Of a stretch of 62,497 bases of DNA, positions 31,201 through 41,153 are shown piece after piece. This DNA comes from Clostridiales bacterium. GTDB taxonomy: Bacteria; Bacillota; Clostridia; UBA1381. Location of the stretch: positions 1 through 62,497 of the forward strand of contig JAQXXM010000060.1 of assembly GCA_029226065.1 (NCBI GenBank). Reading direction: 5' to 3'. Position 1 is the first letter of the stretch; each line of letters opens with the position of its first letter. A program made the translations under genes and the position numbers. A model generated the notes under the pieces. It saw nothing but the letters and a program-made list of their open reading frames with translations, was not told where the DNA came from and did no database searches.

Positions 31201-32062
31201 ATTGTTTGTTTTGTTTCCTTTGCGATAGAAGGACTCCGAATATTATTAACGCACCGCCTATAATTTGACCTGTCCCGACAATTTCGCCAAGGAACGCCGC
31301 CCCCAATATTATTGTTGTAATAGGCTCTACAGTCGAGATTATTCCTGCGGTTGACGCACCTTCATAGCGTATGCCTATTTGAAGCAACGGCATTGCACCA
31401 AGTGTTGTGAGAAGCGATATAATCGCACCAAAGCTCCAGGAAAGCGGACTGAAAGAAAATGAAATTGCACGTGTGATTAAACCAAACACGAATATAGATA
31501 TACTCATAATGAGCATAACGTAAAATGTCAGGACGATATAATCCATTCTGTCAAGTGAAGTTTTGTCCATATAAATAACATAAAAGCTGTAAAATATTCC
31601 TGACAGCAATGCTAATATAATCCCGACCTTGCTTACTTTTACGCTTATATCACTGAACATAAAAATACCTATTGTTACAAGAAGCACAGAACAGAGTGTT
31701 ACACGTGACATTCTTTCGTGATACAGTATTGCAGATGCAAGAACAATTACAAGCGGGTATATAAAATGTAGTGTTGTTGCAAGACCTGTGGGTATATAAT
31801 TATATGATAAGTATAGTAACACAATGGGTAAAGCACCGCCTATAACGGCAAGATTTATAATTGATTTAACTTGCTTACGGGTTAATTTTAAACTCTTTTT
31901 GTCCGCTTTAATCATTATATAAAGTATCGGCACAGACATAGAACTGCGAAGAAAAGACAGTGTAACGCCATTTATTCCGCCACGGTACGCAATAGAGGCT
32001 AAAACAGGCAGAACTCCGTAAAAGAAAGCTGACAGAACAAGAAAAAGCTTACCTTTCGTCAT
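31190..32062 (-). CDS. DMT-superfamily (EamA-type) transporter
   Basis: 290 aa with about 10 predicted TM helices in two EamA-like halves. Confidence 0.75.
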   Translation of the reverse strand: MTKGKLFLVLSAFFYGVLPVLASIAYRGGINGVTLSFLRSSMSVPILYIMIKADKKSLKLTRKQVKSIINLAVIGGALPIVLLYLSYNYIPTGLATTLHFIYPLVIVLASAILYHERMSRVTLCSVLLVTIGIFMFSDISVKVSKVGIILALLSGIFYSFYVIYMDKTSLDRMDYIVLTFYVMLIMSISIFVFGLITRAISFSFSPLSWSFGAIISLLTTLGAMPLLQIGIRYEGASTAGIISTVEPITTIILGAAFLGEIVGTGQIIGGALIIFGVLLSQRKQNKQFSH

Positions 32063-32174
32063 AAAATCCCCTCATTTTGCCGCTGTGCGGCGGCACAAAA
32101 TTAAACGGAAAGGCAAGCTATATTTGCTTACAATTCCCTTAGATTACTTATATTCATTACCAATCTAAGAAAAT

Positions 32175-33452
32175 TTATACATTTTTTTGAATTTTGTTCC
32201 AGTATTCTCTTGCGGCGGCTTCTGTTTTATTATCGCCGAATTTGTAATACTTCTTGTCTTTTATATTATCAGGTAAATACTGCTGTGTGACATAATGGTC
32301 GGGATAGTCGTGAGGGTATTTATACGTAAGCCCTCTCCCCAAGGTTTCAGAGCCTTTATAGTGAGAGTCCTTAAGATGTAGAGGTATGTCACCTGTGTCT
32401 ATGTTTTTTATATCCGAGAGAGCTGCATCAATGGCACAAATTGCACTGTTTGATTTAGGTGCCGTTGCCAATAACAGCACTGCCTCAGCAAGCGGTATAC
32501 GTGCCTCGGGTAAGCCTAATTGCAGTGCAGAATCAACACAGGATTTAACGATTGTTATTGCCTGCGGGTATGCAAGACCTATATCCTCTGATGCCATAAC
32601 CAATACTCTGCGGCAAATACTCTGTAAATCACCCGCTGAAATGAGTCGGGCAAGATAATGTATTGCCGCATCAGGATCGGAGCCTCTTACAGATTTTTGA
32701 AATGCAGATAAAATATCGTAATGACTGTCGCCGTCTTTGTCATATCTTAATGCTTTCTTTTGCGATGCCTGTTCGGCAAGCTCAAGTGATAAAACTACTT
32801 TGTTATCTGGTGTCGGACGCATAGCCATATATACAGCTTCAAGAGTGTTAAGTGCTTTTCTTACATCACCGTTCGCCGTATTTGCAATATGCACTACTGC
32901 ATCGTTTTCAACCTGTACATCATAATCGGGGAACATTTCGTCTGAAAGTATATTTATTCCACGCTTTATGGCAGTTTCTATTTCATCAGCAGAAACAGGT
33001 TTAAATTCAAAAACAACACTTCTTGAAAGAACGGCATTATATACATAAAAATATGGATTTTCGGTAGTGCTGGCAATCAGAGTGATTTTACCGTTTTCCA
33101 TAAATTCAAGTAATGCCTGTTGTTGCTTCTTGTTGAAGTGCTGTATTTCGTCTAAATAGAGCAACACACCCTCAGGGGCAAGAAACGAGTCCAATGTAGA
33201 TACAATTTGCTTTATATCCGACACTGATGCGTTTGTAGCATTAAGCTTGTGTAATGTTCTGCCCGTTTTGGATGCTATGATGTTTGCAACCGTTGTTTTA
33301 CCTACTCCGCTTGGTCCGTAGAAAATCATATTAGGCACTTCATTATTCTCGATAATACGTCTTAAAAGCTTATCAGTACCTAATAAATGCTCCTGACCTA
33401 CAATATCGTCAAGTGTTTTTGGCCGTATTCTGTCGGCAAGTGGTGTCAACAT
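32175..33452 (-). CDS. rarA: Replication-associated recombination protein A (AAA+ ATPase)
   Basis: Walker A GPSGVGKTT, Walker B LYLDEIH, and the MgsA C-terminal region (HYD..SA..KS.RGSD.DAA.YYLAR). Confidence 0.9.
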   Translation of the reverse strand: MLTPLADRIRPKTLDDIVGQEHLLGTDKLLRRIIENNEVPNMIFYGPSGVGKTTVANIIASKTGRTLHKLNATNASVSDIKQIVSTLDSFLAPEGVLLYLDEIQHFNKKQQQALLEFMENGKITLIASTTENPYFYVYNAVLSRSVVFEFKPVSADEIETAIKRGINILSDEMFPDYDVQVENDAVVHIANTANGDVRKALNTLEAVYMAMRPTPDNKVVLSLELAEQASQKKALRYDKDGDSHYDILSAFQKSVRGSDPDAAIHYLARLISAGDLQSICRRVLVMASEDIGLAYPQAITIVKSCVDSALQLGLPEARIPLAEAVLLLATAPKSNSAICAIDAALSDIKNIDTGDIPLHLKDSHYKGSETLGRGLTYKYPHDYPDHYVTQQYLPDNIKDKKYYKFGDNKTEAAAREYWNKIQKNV

Positions 33453-34213
33453 CAGTTATTCTCCTTAAGTTTTAAAGAAACTTTCTCCATCAATGAGTTT
33501 ACATCTAATTCAGAAACAGTAGTCATAGGTGAACGTGTGCAATCAGAAATTTTATCAAGCTTATTCTTAGCTGATTTGTAATCACCCATAGAATAGTCTA
33601 TCTGTGCACCATGATACCAGCCTTCGATAAACGAAGGATTTTTTTCTATAACAGCATCGGAAATTTCCTTTGCTTTTGCATATTCTGCACGGTTATAGTA
33701 GCATATTGCCATATTATCGCATATATCACGATCATCATCTGCATAATCGTACGCTTCAAGACAGAAATTATATGTATCCTCCGACTTGGGATTTTTTAAT
33801 ATTTTAAATAATCCCATTAATCCATACATTGCAATAGAGCGATAACCATCGTTGTATAATTGACAAATATCATTATACGCTTCATCAAAGTTACCTGTTT
33901 TGTAATAACACATACATCTCTGCAATACGGCTTTACTCCTGTTTTGAGGTTCAAGCTTATAAGCAAGGGTTGTTTCTGTAACATGCAATGCATCCTCAAA
34001 TAAACCCATTCTTAACAGCATATATGTATATTCTATTTTTGAATTAAAGTTTTGTTTTTCAAGGCTCATTGCCTTTTCATAGTGTTTTTTGGCATCAGAA
34101 TAACTGCCGTTTTTAAACTCATTACGGCTTTTGTTCTTGTAATATAACGGTATAAGATTTTTTATAACAAAAAACAAAACAACGGCAATGATGACATAAG
34201 TTAGTAAATTCAT
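33452..34213 (-). CDS. TPR-repeat protein with an N-terminal membrane anchor
   Basis: N-terminal hydrophobic helix followed by repeated about 34-aa A/Y/F-rich helical repeats. Overlaps the rarA start by 1 nt. Confidence 0.6.
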   Translation of the reverse strand: MNLLTYVIIAVVLFFVIKNLIPLYYKNKSRNEFKNGSYSDAKKHYEKAMSLEKQNFNSKIEYTYMLLRMGLFEDALHVTETTLAYKLEPQNRSKAVLQRCMCYYKTGNFDEAYNDICQLYNDGYRSIAMYGLMGLFKILKNPKSEDTYNFCLEAYDYADDDRDICDNMAICYYNRAEYAKAKEISDAVIEKNPSFIEGWYHGAQIDYSMGDYKSAKNKLDKISDCTRSPMTTVSELDVNSLMEKVSLKLKENN

Positions 34214-34233
34214 ATTTATAGCCTCGGTTTAAA

Positions 34234-35625
34234 TTAGAATTCAGCTGTTCCTACAGTTCTTGGGAACGGTAACACGTCACGAATATTCTGCATACCTGTA
34301 ATATACATTACAGCACGCTCAAAGCCTAATCCGAAGCCTGCATGCTTATTTGTACCGTACTTACGCAAATCAAGATACCAGTCATAGTCTTTCGGGTCAA
34401 GTCCCATTTCGTTCATTCTTTCAACTAAAACGTCGTAGTTTTCCTCACGCTGGCTACCTCCGATAATTTCACCTATACCGGGAACAAGAACATCGACTGC
34501 GGCAACTGTCTTTTTATCCTCGTTAAGTTTCATATAGAACGCCTTTATCTCTTTAGGATAGTCAGTTACCATAACAGGACGCTTGTAGATTGTTTCTGTT
34601 AAATATCTCTCATGCTCTGTCTGTAAGTCACATCCCCATTCTACCTTATATGCGAACTCGTCATTATGTTCCTTTAATATGTCTATTGCTTCTGTATAAG
34701 TTACATGGGCGAATTCATTCGATACAACATTATTTAGTCTCTCAAGCAAACCGTTATCAATAAACTTGTTAAAGAACTCCATTTCTTCAGGGGCATTTTC
34801 TAAGCAGTAGTTTATGATATATTTAAGCATATCTTCCGCCAGTCGCATATCATCTTTCAAATCTGCAAAGGCAATTTCAGGCTCAATCATCCAGAATTCT
34901 GCCGCATGGCGAGTTGTGTTTGAATTTTCAGCTCTGAATGTAGGGCCGAAAGTATATACGTTACGGAATGCCATACAGTATGTTTCTACATTCAACTGAC
35001 CGCTTACGGTGAGGTTTGTGCTTTTACCGAAGAAGTCCTGAGAGTAATCCACTAAACCATCTTCATTTTTTGGGAGGTTTTCCATATCAAGAGTTGTCAC
35101 TCTGAACATTTCTCCTGCACCCTCACAGTCACTGCCTGTAATAATCGGTGTGTGAACGTATACGAAACCACGCTCCTGGAAAAATTGGTGTATAGCATAC
35201 GCTATTAAAGAACGCACACGAAATACAGCCGCAAACGTATTTGTACGCGGTCTTAAGTGCGAAATGGTACGGAGATACTCAAATGAGTGTCTCTTTTTCT
35301 GCAAAGGATAATCAGGAGTTGACACACCTTCTATTATAACCTCTGATGCCTTTATTTCCATAGGCTGTTTAGCACCTGGGGTAAGCTCTAAGACACCCGT
35401 TACGGTAAGTGATGCACCGACATTAAGCTTTGCAAGGTCGTTGTAATTTGATAGCTTGTCAGACTCAATAACTACCTGAATACTGTTAAAGAAGCTACCG
35501 TCGTTAAGCTCAATAAAACCAAATGCATTAGATGCACGTACTGTTCTCACCCAGCCTGAAACGGTGACTTCCTTTCCGCCGTAGTTCTCCATATCACGAA
35601 ATAATGATTTTATAACTGTTTTCAT
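34234..35625 (-). CDS. asnS: Asparagine--tRNA ligase
   Basis: 463 aa. OB-fold N-terminus and class IIb motifs ([22 protein letters not shown]). Confidence 0.95.
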   Translation of the reverse strand: MKTVIKSLFRDMENYGGKEVTVSGWVRTVRASNAFGFIELNDGSFFNSIQVVIESDKLSNYNDLAKLNVGASLTVTGVLELTPGAKQPMEIKASEVIIEGVSTPDYPLQKKRHSFEYLRTISHLRPRTNTFAAVFRVRSLIAYAIHQFFQERGFVYVHTPIITGSDCEGAGEMFRVTTLDMENLPKNEDGLVDYSQDFFGKSTNLTVSGQLNVETYCMAFRNVYTFGPTFRAENSNTTRHAAEFWMIEPEIAFADLKDDMRLAEDMLKYIINYCLENAPEEMEFFNKFIDNGLLERLNNVVSNEFAHVTYTEAIDILKEHNDEFAYKVEWGCDLQTEHERYLTETIYKRPVMVTDYPKEIKAFYMKLNEDKKTVAAVDVLVPGIGEIIGGSQREENYDVLVERMNEMGLDPKDYDWYLDLRKYGTNKHAGFGLGFERAVMYITGMQNIRDVLPFPRTVGTAEF

Positions 35626-35655
35626 TTCTGTTCCCTTTCAGTGTAATAATTGTAA

Positions 35656-36663
35656 TTAAAGCAGGTTTATGCCGCCCTTACGGCAGGCCTTAACCATATC
35701 ATCGGGCCACACAGACTGCTGTACCTCGCCCACGTGTGCTTTATTAAGCATAGCCATACATAGTCTTGATTGACCTATTCCTCCGCCAATCGTATAAGGA
35801 AGCTCCTTATTGACTATCATTTTATGAAATTCCAATTCAAGTCTGTCCATACAATCTGCGTCACGCAGCTGCGAAACAAGTGAATTTTCGTCTACACGTA
35901 TTCCCATACTTGACAGCTCTAATGCACAGTCAAGAATAGGATAGTATATTAATATATCGCCATTCAGTTCCCAATCGTCATAGTCCGGTGCACGTCCGTC
36001 ATGACGTACGCCTGATTTCAAGACTTTACCTATCTGCATTATACAAGCGGCACCGTTTTCCTTAAGGTACTTGTTTTCACGTTCTTTAGGAGTATCGTCA
36101 GGATACATATCCTCAAGTGCCTGAGTGGTGATAAACTTTATCTCATCAGGGAAAACATTTATTATAGATTCATATTCAGCAGAAACTTTTTTTGATGTTC
36201 TGCGCATTGCTGTAAAAATCTTTTTAACGGTTGATTGGAGCGTTTCAATTACTCTGTCCTCTTTATTTATAACTGCCTCCCAATCCCATTGGTCTACGTA
36301 CATTGAATGGAGATTGTCCACCTCTTCGTCACGGCGGATAGCATTCATATCAGTGTATATACCCTCGCCTGCCGTAAATTTATATTTACCTAAAGTCAAG
36401 CGCTTCCATTTTGCAAGGGAATGTACGATTTCAAGTGTTGCACCATTAATGCAGGGTGCATCAAATGATACAGGGCGTTCAACACCGTTCAGATTATCAT
36501 TAAGACCTGATTCGGGACGGACAAACAACGGTGCTGATACACGTTGTAAATTTAATGCCGCAGACAGCTCTTTCTGAAACGTGTCTTTAATAAACTTAAT
36601 AGCAGTTTCCGTTTCCCTTCCCGTAAGGGGTGAACTGTAATTTTCAGGAATGCATAAAGACAT
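35656..36663 (-). CDS. asnA: Aspartate--ammonia ligase (asparagine synthetase A)
   Basis: IPENY...ETE.AIK.IKD.F N-terminus and a class II synthetase-like core. Start trimmed to MSLCIPENY (ATG 36663) after GAGG. Confidence 0.9.
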   Translation of the reverse strand: MSLCIPENYSSPLTGRETETAIKFIKDTFQKELSAALNLQRVSAPLFVRPESGLNDNLNGVERPVSFDAPCINGATLEIVHSLAKWKRLTLGKYKFTAGEGIYTDMNAIRRDEEVDNLHSMYVDQWDWEAVINKEDRVIETLQSTVKKIFTAMRRTSKKVSAEYESIINVFPDEIKFITTQALEDMYPDDTPKERENKYLKENGAACIMQIGKVLKSGVRHDGRAPDYDDWELNGDILIYYPILDCALELSSMGIRVDENSLVSQLRDADCMDRLELEFHKMIVNKELPYTIGGGIGQSRLCMAMLNKAHVGEVQQSVWPDDMVKACRKGGINLL

Positions 36664-36686
36664 TTTACTATACCTCATTTCTAAAG

Positions 36687-36854
36687 TTAATCTACAATTT
36701 CTATATTGTCAAGCTGGGCTTTAAAATTCTTTCTTACAGCGGCGATGTATTCATCACGTAATTGCTTTTGTTCCGATAATTCAAAATCTGTAAGTCCAAC
36801 TGTTTTTGATTTCTGTGCAAGTTCGTTTATTCTCGCAATTTTATTTTTATCCAT
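36687..36854 (-). CDS. DUF896 (YnzC/UPF0291-like) small protein, 55 aa
   Basis: Not in the ORF track (below cutoff). I translated MDKNKIARINELAQKSKTVGLTDFELSEQKQLRDEYIAAVRKNFKAQLDNIEIVD. ATG follows GAGGGG. RINELA...LT..E..EQ..LR.EY is the family signature as I recall it. Confidence 0.7.
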   Translation of the reverse strand: MDKNKIARINELAQKSKTVGLTDFELSEQKQLRDEYIAAVRKNFKAQLDNIEIVD

Positions 36855-36883
36855 ATTTTCCCCTCAATGTAACATAATGTAGT

Positions 36884-36912
36884 ATTTTATCACATTTGCC
36901 ATACTATGTCAA
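36884..36912 (-). promoter_or_regulatory. Putative sigma-A promoter for the DUF896-asnA-asnS unit
   Basis: Minus strand reads TTGACA (36907-36912), 17 nt, TAAAAT (36884-36889). Overlaps the uppP stop. Confidence 0.5.
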
Positions 36913-37706
36913 GCTATGAGCGAGAAATAACCAATCACAACTGCCGCAAGTATAATTCTGTACCAGCCAAACAAAGAGAAGGTATGATTTCTGACATAAT
37001 TCATCAGGAATTTAATAGCAACCATAGACACTAAGTATGACACTACCATACCCGTTATGAGTAAACCCCAGTTTATTATTCCGTCATAAGATATGATTTT
37101 AAGCACACTCACACCGAACATAACGGGTATTGCAAGAAAAAATGAAAATTCTGCCGCAAGTTCTCTTGAGCAGCCCAACAGCATACCGCCTAAAATAGTT
37201 GAGCCTGAACGTGATGTACCGGGTATTATTGACAACACCTGGAACATTCCTATAAGGAGTGCTGTTTTGTATGTCATTTTATTCATATCAGTTATGGATA
37301 TTTTCTTATTAAGCTTTTCTATAATAATAAACGCAATACCGTATATTATAAGTGTCAGAGAAACAACCTGCCAATTTTCAAATCGTTCCATATAATCGTT
37401 TAATAAGAGACCTATTACAGCCGCGGGAATACATGCAACAATAACCTTAAACCACATATTCCATGTGTCTTTTTTCTCTATATCAGTCTTTTTTGGAGAA
37501 AAAGGATTTAGCTTATGGAAAAAATGTGTAACGACCGCAAGAATTGCACCCAGCTGGATTACGTATATGTATAAATCCGATGCTAAAAATGAACCAGCGT
37601 TGTCCATAAACTCATTAACAAGAATAAGGTGACCTGTAGAGCTGACAGGGAGCCACTCGGTAATACCCTCAATAATTCCTAAAAAAATAGATTTAATATA
37701 TTCCAT
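36909..37706 (-). CDS. uppP: Undecaprenyl-diphosphate phosphatase
   Basis: 265 aa. Multi-TM protein with the BacA motifs EWLPVSSTGH and PGTSRSG. Confidence 0.9.
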   Translation of the reverse strand: MEYIKSIFLGIIEGITEWLPVSSTGHLILVNEFMDNAGSFLASDLYIYVIQLGAILAVVTHFFHKLNPFSPKKTDIEKKDTWNMWFKVIVACIPAAVIGLLLNDYMERFENWQVVSLTLIIYGIAFIIIEKLNKKISITDMNKMTYKTALLIGMFQVLSIIPGTSRSGSTILGGMLLGCSRELAAEFSFFLAIPVMFGVSVLKIISYDGIINWGLLITGMVVSYLVSMVAIKFLMNYVRNHTFSLFGWYRIILAAVVIGYFSLIA

Positions 37707-38332
37707 TATTTATCTATACTCCTTATAAACTCAACAATCATATCAGCAGTTTTTTCAATTCCCGATTTAGCAGAGTTAATGCATAAATCATAATTTGACA
37801 TTTTACCCCAATCACGATTAGAATAATAGTTGTAATATGTTTTACGCTGTTTATCGCTTTTTTGTATCTTATCCTTGGCTTGCTTTTCAGTTAAATCGAA
37901 TATTTTTGAAATTCTCTTTATACGCTCTTCCATGGGCGAATATATAAATATATTTATCAACTCTATATCCTGAGCATCTTCAAGTACATAATCCGCACAA
38001 CGTCCCACAATTACGCTGTTTTCCTTTGTCGCAACATTCTTTATAACATCTGATTGAGCAATGAAAAGTCTGTCATTAAGAGGCATTTCGTAATAAAGAG
38101 GACCGTTCATACCACGGATAGAATAACTTCCGCTTACAAGCGAGTATAATAAACTTGAGGTCGCTTTTTCGTCGATGCTTTCAACTGCTTCATCAGAAAT
38201 ATTGCTGTTTTTTGCAGCAATTTCTACAAGCTTTTTATCATAGAATGTGTAGCCAAGCTTTTGTGCTACAAGCTCACCTATGTCATGACCGCCTGAACCG
38301 TACTGCCGTCCGATTGTGATTACTTTCTTCAT
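37706..38332 (-). CDS. Cytidylate kinase-like family protein
   Basis: N-terminal ITIGRQYGSGG P-loop variant typical of this family. 208 aa. Confidence 0.75.
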   Translation of the reverse strand: MKKVITIGRQYGSGGHDIGELVAQKLGYTFYDKKLVEIAAKNSNISDEAVESIDEKATSSLLYSLVSGSYSIRGMNGPLYYEMPLNDRLFIAQSDVIKNVATKENSVIVGRCADYVLEDAQDIELINIFIYSPMEERIKRISKIFDLTEKQAKDKIQKSDKQRKTYYNYYSNRDWGKMSNYDLCINSAKSGIEKTADMIVEFIRSIDK

Positions 38333-38334
38333 AA

Positions 38335-38979
38335 TTATTCCTCCGTTTCGTAAACTGCTTGATTTGTGTATATTTCTACATATTGATTTACTTTCCTGAC
38401 ATAATGACGTGTTTCAGAAAAAGGTATGTGATACAAAGTCTTATGATCTTTGCTATAGTCGGGATTTTCAAGCCAACTGTCTACATTCCCCACTCCTGCG
38501 TTGTATGCCGCAAGGGCTGTGTCGATATTATCGTACTTGTCAATAAGCGTTGCTAAAACATAACAGCCGATTTGTATGTTTGTTTCGGGATCCATATAAT
38601 TGTAGTTTTCAAGACCGAGCTTTTGTGCATATTCGTGTGCCGTTACTTCCGTAAGCTGCATAAGCCCGCCGGCATAAGCAGATTTAGCATCAGGCACGAA
38701 ATTACTTTCCTGTTTGATTATCGCAATCACAAGATACGGATCTAAATCATTCTTTTTAGCATATTTTGTTATATAACTGCTGTATGATACGGGATACTTA
38801 ATATCATTAATCTTTTTCCCTATTTTTTCTCCTGAGGATAGACCAATATATATCAACAAAAATGATAATGCTATAGCTGAAAATACAAGTAATATTTTAT
38901 TGCGTCTTTTGCGGCGTCGTATTCTGCGTTCCTGTTGTCTTTGAAATATCCTTGATCTTGTTGTATATACCTTCAACAC
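38335..38979 (-). CDS. Lytic transglycosylase (SLT domain) with an N-terminal membrane anchor
   Basis: Catalytic ESNF motif followed by GLMQL and AYNAG. Basic N-terminus plus one TM segment. Its first 83 nt overlap the coaE 3' end. Confidence 0.8.
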   Translation of the reverse strand: MLKVYTTRSRIFQRQQERRIRRRKRRNKILLVFSAIALSFLLIYIGLSSGEKIGKKINDIKYPVSYSSYITKYAKKNDLDPYLVIAIIKQESNFVPDAKSAYAGGLMQLTEVTAHEYAQKLGLENYNYMDPETNIQIGCYVLATLIDKYDNIDTALAAYNAGVGNVDSWLENPDYSKDHKTLYHIPFSETRHYVRKVNQYVEIYTNQAVYETEE

Positions 38980-39535
38980 ATCCTTTCAATGCAGTATTAT
39001 CTCCGTTATTTTCAATAACAAAATCTGCATACTGCATATATTGAGCATCAGACATTTGTGAATTTATCCTTTTATTTGCCATAGCGATGTCTATGTTATC
39101 ACGTGCTATTATGCGGTTTATACGTATATCACGCCGAGCTGTTACAACAACAAGGCATTTGCACATATCCATTACAGGGCTGTCTATTATGACCGCTCCG
39201 TCTACAGCGGCAATAGCCGAATGACTTTTTTCAATGTCATTCTCAAGTTGTTTTTTTATATATTTATGTGTTATGCTATTTAATATCTTTAATTTTGTTT
39301 TATCCTGAAAAACTATCTGCGCCAGTGCCTTTCTGTCAAGCTCGTAATCGGTCGTTATAACGCAGTCTCCAAAAGCATTTTGTATCTCATAAAGGCACGC
39401 ACTGCCCTTTTTTGTGACTTGTCTTGACACTAAATCAGCATCAGCGACATATACGCCCAACTCACGAAAAATATCACTTACAGTTGATTTCCCGGCACCT
39501 GTCGGCCCTGTTATTCCAAAAATAAATTTTTCCAT
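38897..39535 (-). CDS. coaE: Dephospho-CoA kinase
   Basis: Walker A GITGPTGAGKST at the N-terminus. 212 aa, with a short non-conserved C-terminal tail overlapping the next gene. Confidence 0.85.
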   Translation of the reverse strand: MEKFIFGITGPTGAGKSTVSDIFRELGVYVADADLVSRQVTKKGSACLYEIQNAFGDCVITTDYELDRKALAQIVFQDKTKLKILNSITHKYIKKQLENDIEKSHSAIAAVDGAVIIDSPVMDMCKCLVVVTARRDIRINRIIARDNIDIAMANKRINSQMSDAQYMQYADFVIENNGDNTALKGCVEGIYNKIKDISKTTGTQNTTPQKTQ

Positions 39536-39536
39536 A

Positions 39537-40211
39537 TCAGATGTTTTCTATCTGCCAATCAATGGCAGTATGTCCGTTTCTTTCAAGTATTTTGTTAGCA
39601 GTCCTGAAATGCTCGCATTTAAAAAATCCTCGTGACGCTGACAATGGACTCGGATGTGCCGCTGTTAATATTATATGCTTAGGATTTGTTATTATTTTCA
39701 TTTTTTCTTTTGCATTGTTGCCCCAAAGCATAAATATTATGGGTTCTTCCCTGTCATTATAGAGCTTTGCAACTGCATCCGTAAAGTTTTCCCAACCTTT
39801 ATTTCTGTGTGAATTTGCCATAGATGCACGTACCGTAAGTGAGTTATTAAGCAGCATAACCCCTTGCTTTGCCCACTTCTCAAGAAATCCGTTATTAGGT
39901 ATGTAACAGCCAAGCTCATAATTGAGTTCTTTATATATATTTAAAAGCGATGGCGGTATATTTACTCCAGGTTTTACCGAAAATGCCAAACCGTGTGCCT
40001 GATTTGGCTCATGGTACGGATCCTGACCGAATATAACGACTTTAGTATCCTTATATGAGGTGAGTTTAAAAGCATTAAATATATCGTACATATCAGGATA
40101 TATAGTATGTGTTTTATACTCTTGTGCAAGAAACTTACGGAGATTTTGATAATATTCTTTTGAAAATTCCGATTTGAGCAGTTCGTCCCAATCATTTCCT
40201 ATGTGTACCAT
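39537..40211 (-). CDS. ung: Uracil-DNA glycosylase (family 1)
   Basis: GQDPYH water-activating loop and HPSPLS motif. Start trimmed to MVHIGNDW (ATG 40211), 5 nt after GGAGG. Confidence 0.95.
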   Translation of the reverse strand: MVHIGNDWDELLKSEFSKEYYQNLRKFLAQEYKTHTIYPDMYDIFNAFKLTSYKDTKVVIFGQDPYHEPNQAHGLAFSVKPGVNIPPSLLNIYKELNYELGCYIPNNGFLEKWAKQGVMLLNNSLTVRASMANSHRNKGWENFTDAVAKLYNDREEPIIFMLWGNNAKEKMKIITNPKHIILTAAHPSPLSASRGFFKCEHFRTANKILERNGHTAIDWQIENI

Positions 40212-40274
40212 ACAAACCTCCGTTTCTTTTCTCATACCATTGTATCACATCCAAGAAAAAATATCAAGTAAAAT

Positions 40275-41153
40275 TTAAGCTGATTTTTTGTTGTATAAAA
40301 ACATAATTACAGTTGCAAAGCATATAACAACATAGCCGATAACACTTAGCATATCAGGAACGGTACCAAACACTAAAAATCCGATAAGAGTTGTAAAAAT
40401 AACCTGGGTATAATCATATACTGATATCTCCTTTGCAGGTGCATAGCTGTAGGCGGTTGTGATTGAAAATTGTCCTAATGCGGCAGAAAGCCCTGCAAGA
40501 ATTAAATAAAAAACCTGAATACCTGTCATTGGTTTAAAATTAAATATCAGATACGGGAGCATACATAGACACGAAAACATTGAAAAGAAAAAGACTATAT
40601 AGGTTTTTCGCTCTCCGTTTACAGACAGTTTTCTGACCATTGTATATGCTGCACCTGCACCCATTCCGCCCAAAAGACCTATAATGCTTGCGGGATTTAT
40701 TAAGTCAGGTGTAGGCTTAATTATAAATAAGCTCCCTAAAAATGCTATAATTACAATTAACAGCTGAAATAAACTGATTTTTTCTCTCAGGAGTAAAAAC
40801 GAGAAAAGTACAGCAAAAAACGGAGAAAGCTTATTAAGCATCAGTGCATCTGATAATATCATATTGTCGAGTGCATAGAAATTACACAACACTCCTATCG
40901 TTCCGAATAATGCACGCAAAATAAGATATATCAAATTGCCGCTTTTCCATCTAAATCCGCCGCCCTCTTTTATCAGTATAGCGAGTGCTACAAGCCCTGC
41001 TACTAAATTTCTGAACAGGCTTTTCTGAACAGAGGGCAAGTCGCCTGCCAATTGCACAAACAGTCCCATAAACGCAAAGAAAAGAGCAGAAAGAATAATA
41101 TACATTGCGCCTTTTACTGTTTTATCTTTAAAAGCCATTTTATTTTTCTCCAT
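40275..41153 (-). CDS. DMT-superfamily (EamA-type) transporter
   Basis: 292 aa with about 10 TM helices. Overlaps the upstream gene by 14 nt, so they are probably co-transcribed. Confidence 0.75.
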   Translation of the reverse strand: MEKNKMAFKDKTVKGAMYIILSALFFAFMGLFVQLAGDLPSVQKSLFRNLVAGLVALAILIKEGGGFRWKSGNLIYLILRALFGTIGVLCNFYALDNMILSDALMLNKLSPFFAVLFSFLLLREKISLFQLLIVIIAFLGSLFIIKPTPDLINPASIIGLLGGMGAGAAYTMVRKLSVNGERKTYIVFFFSMFSCLCMLPYLIFNFKPMTGIQVFYLILAGLSAALGQFSITTAYSYAPAKEISVYDYTQVIFTTLIGFLVFGTVPDMLSVIGYVVICFATVIMFLYNKKSA

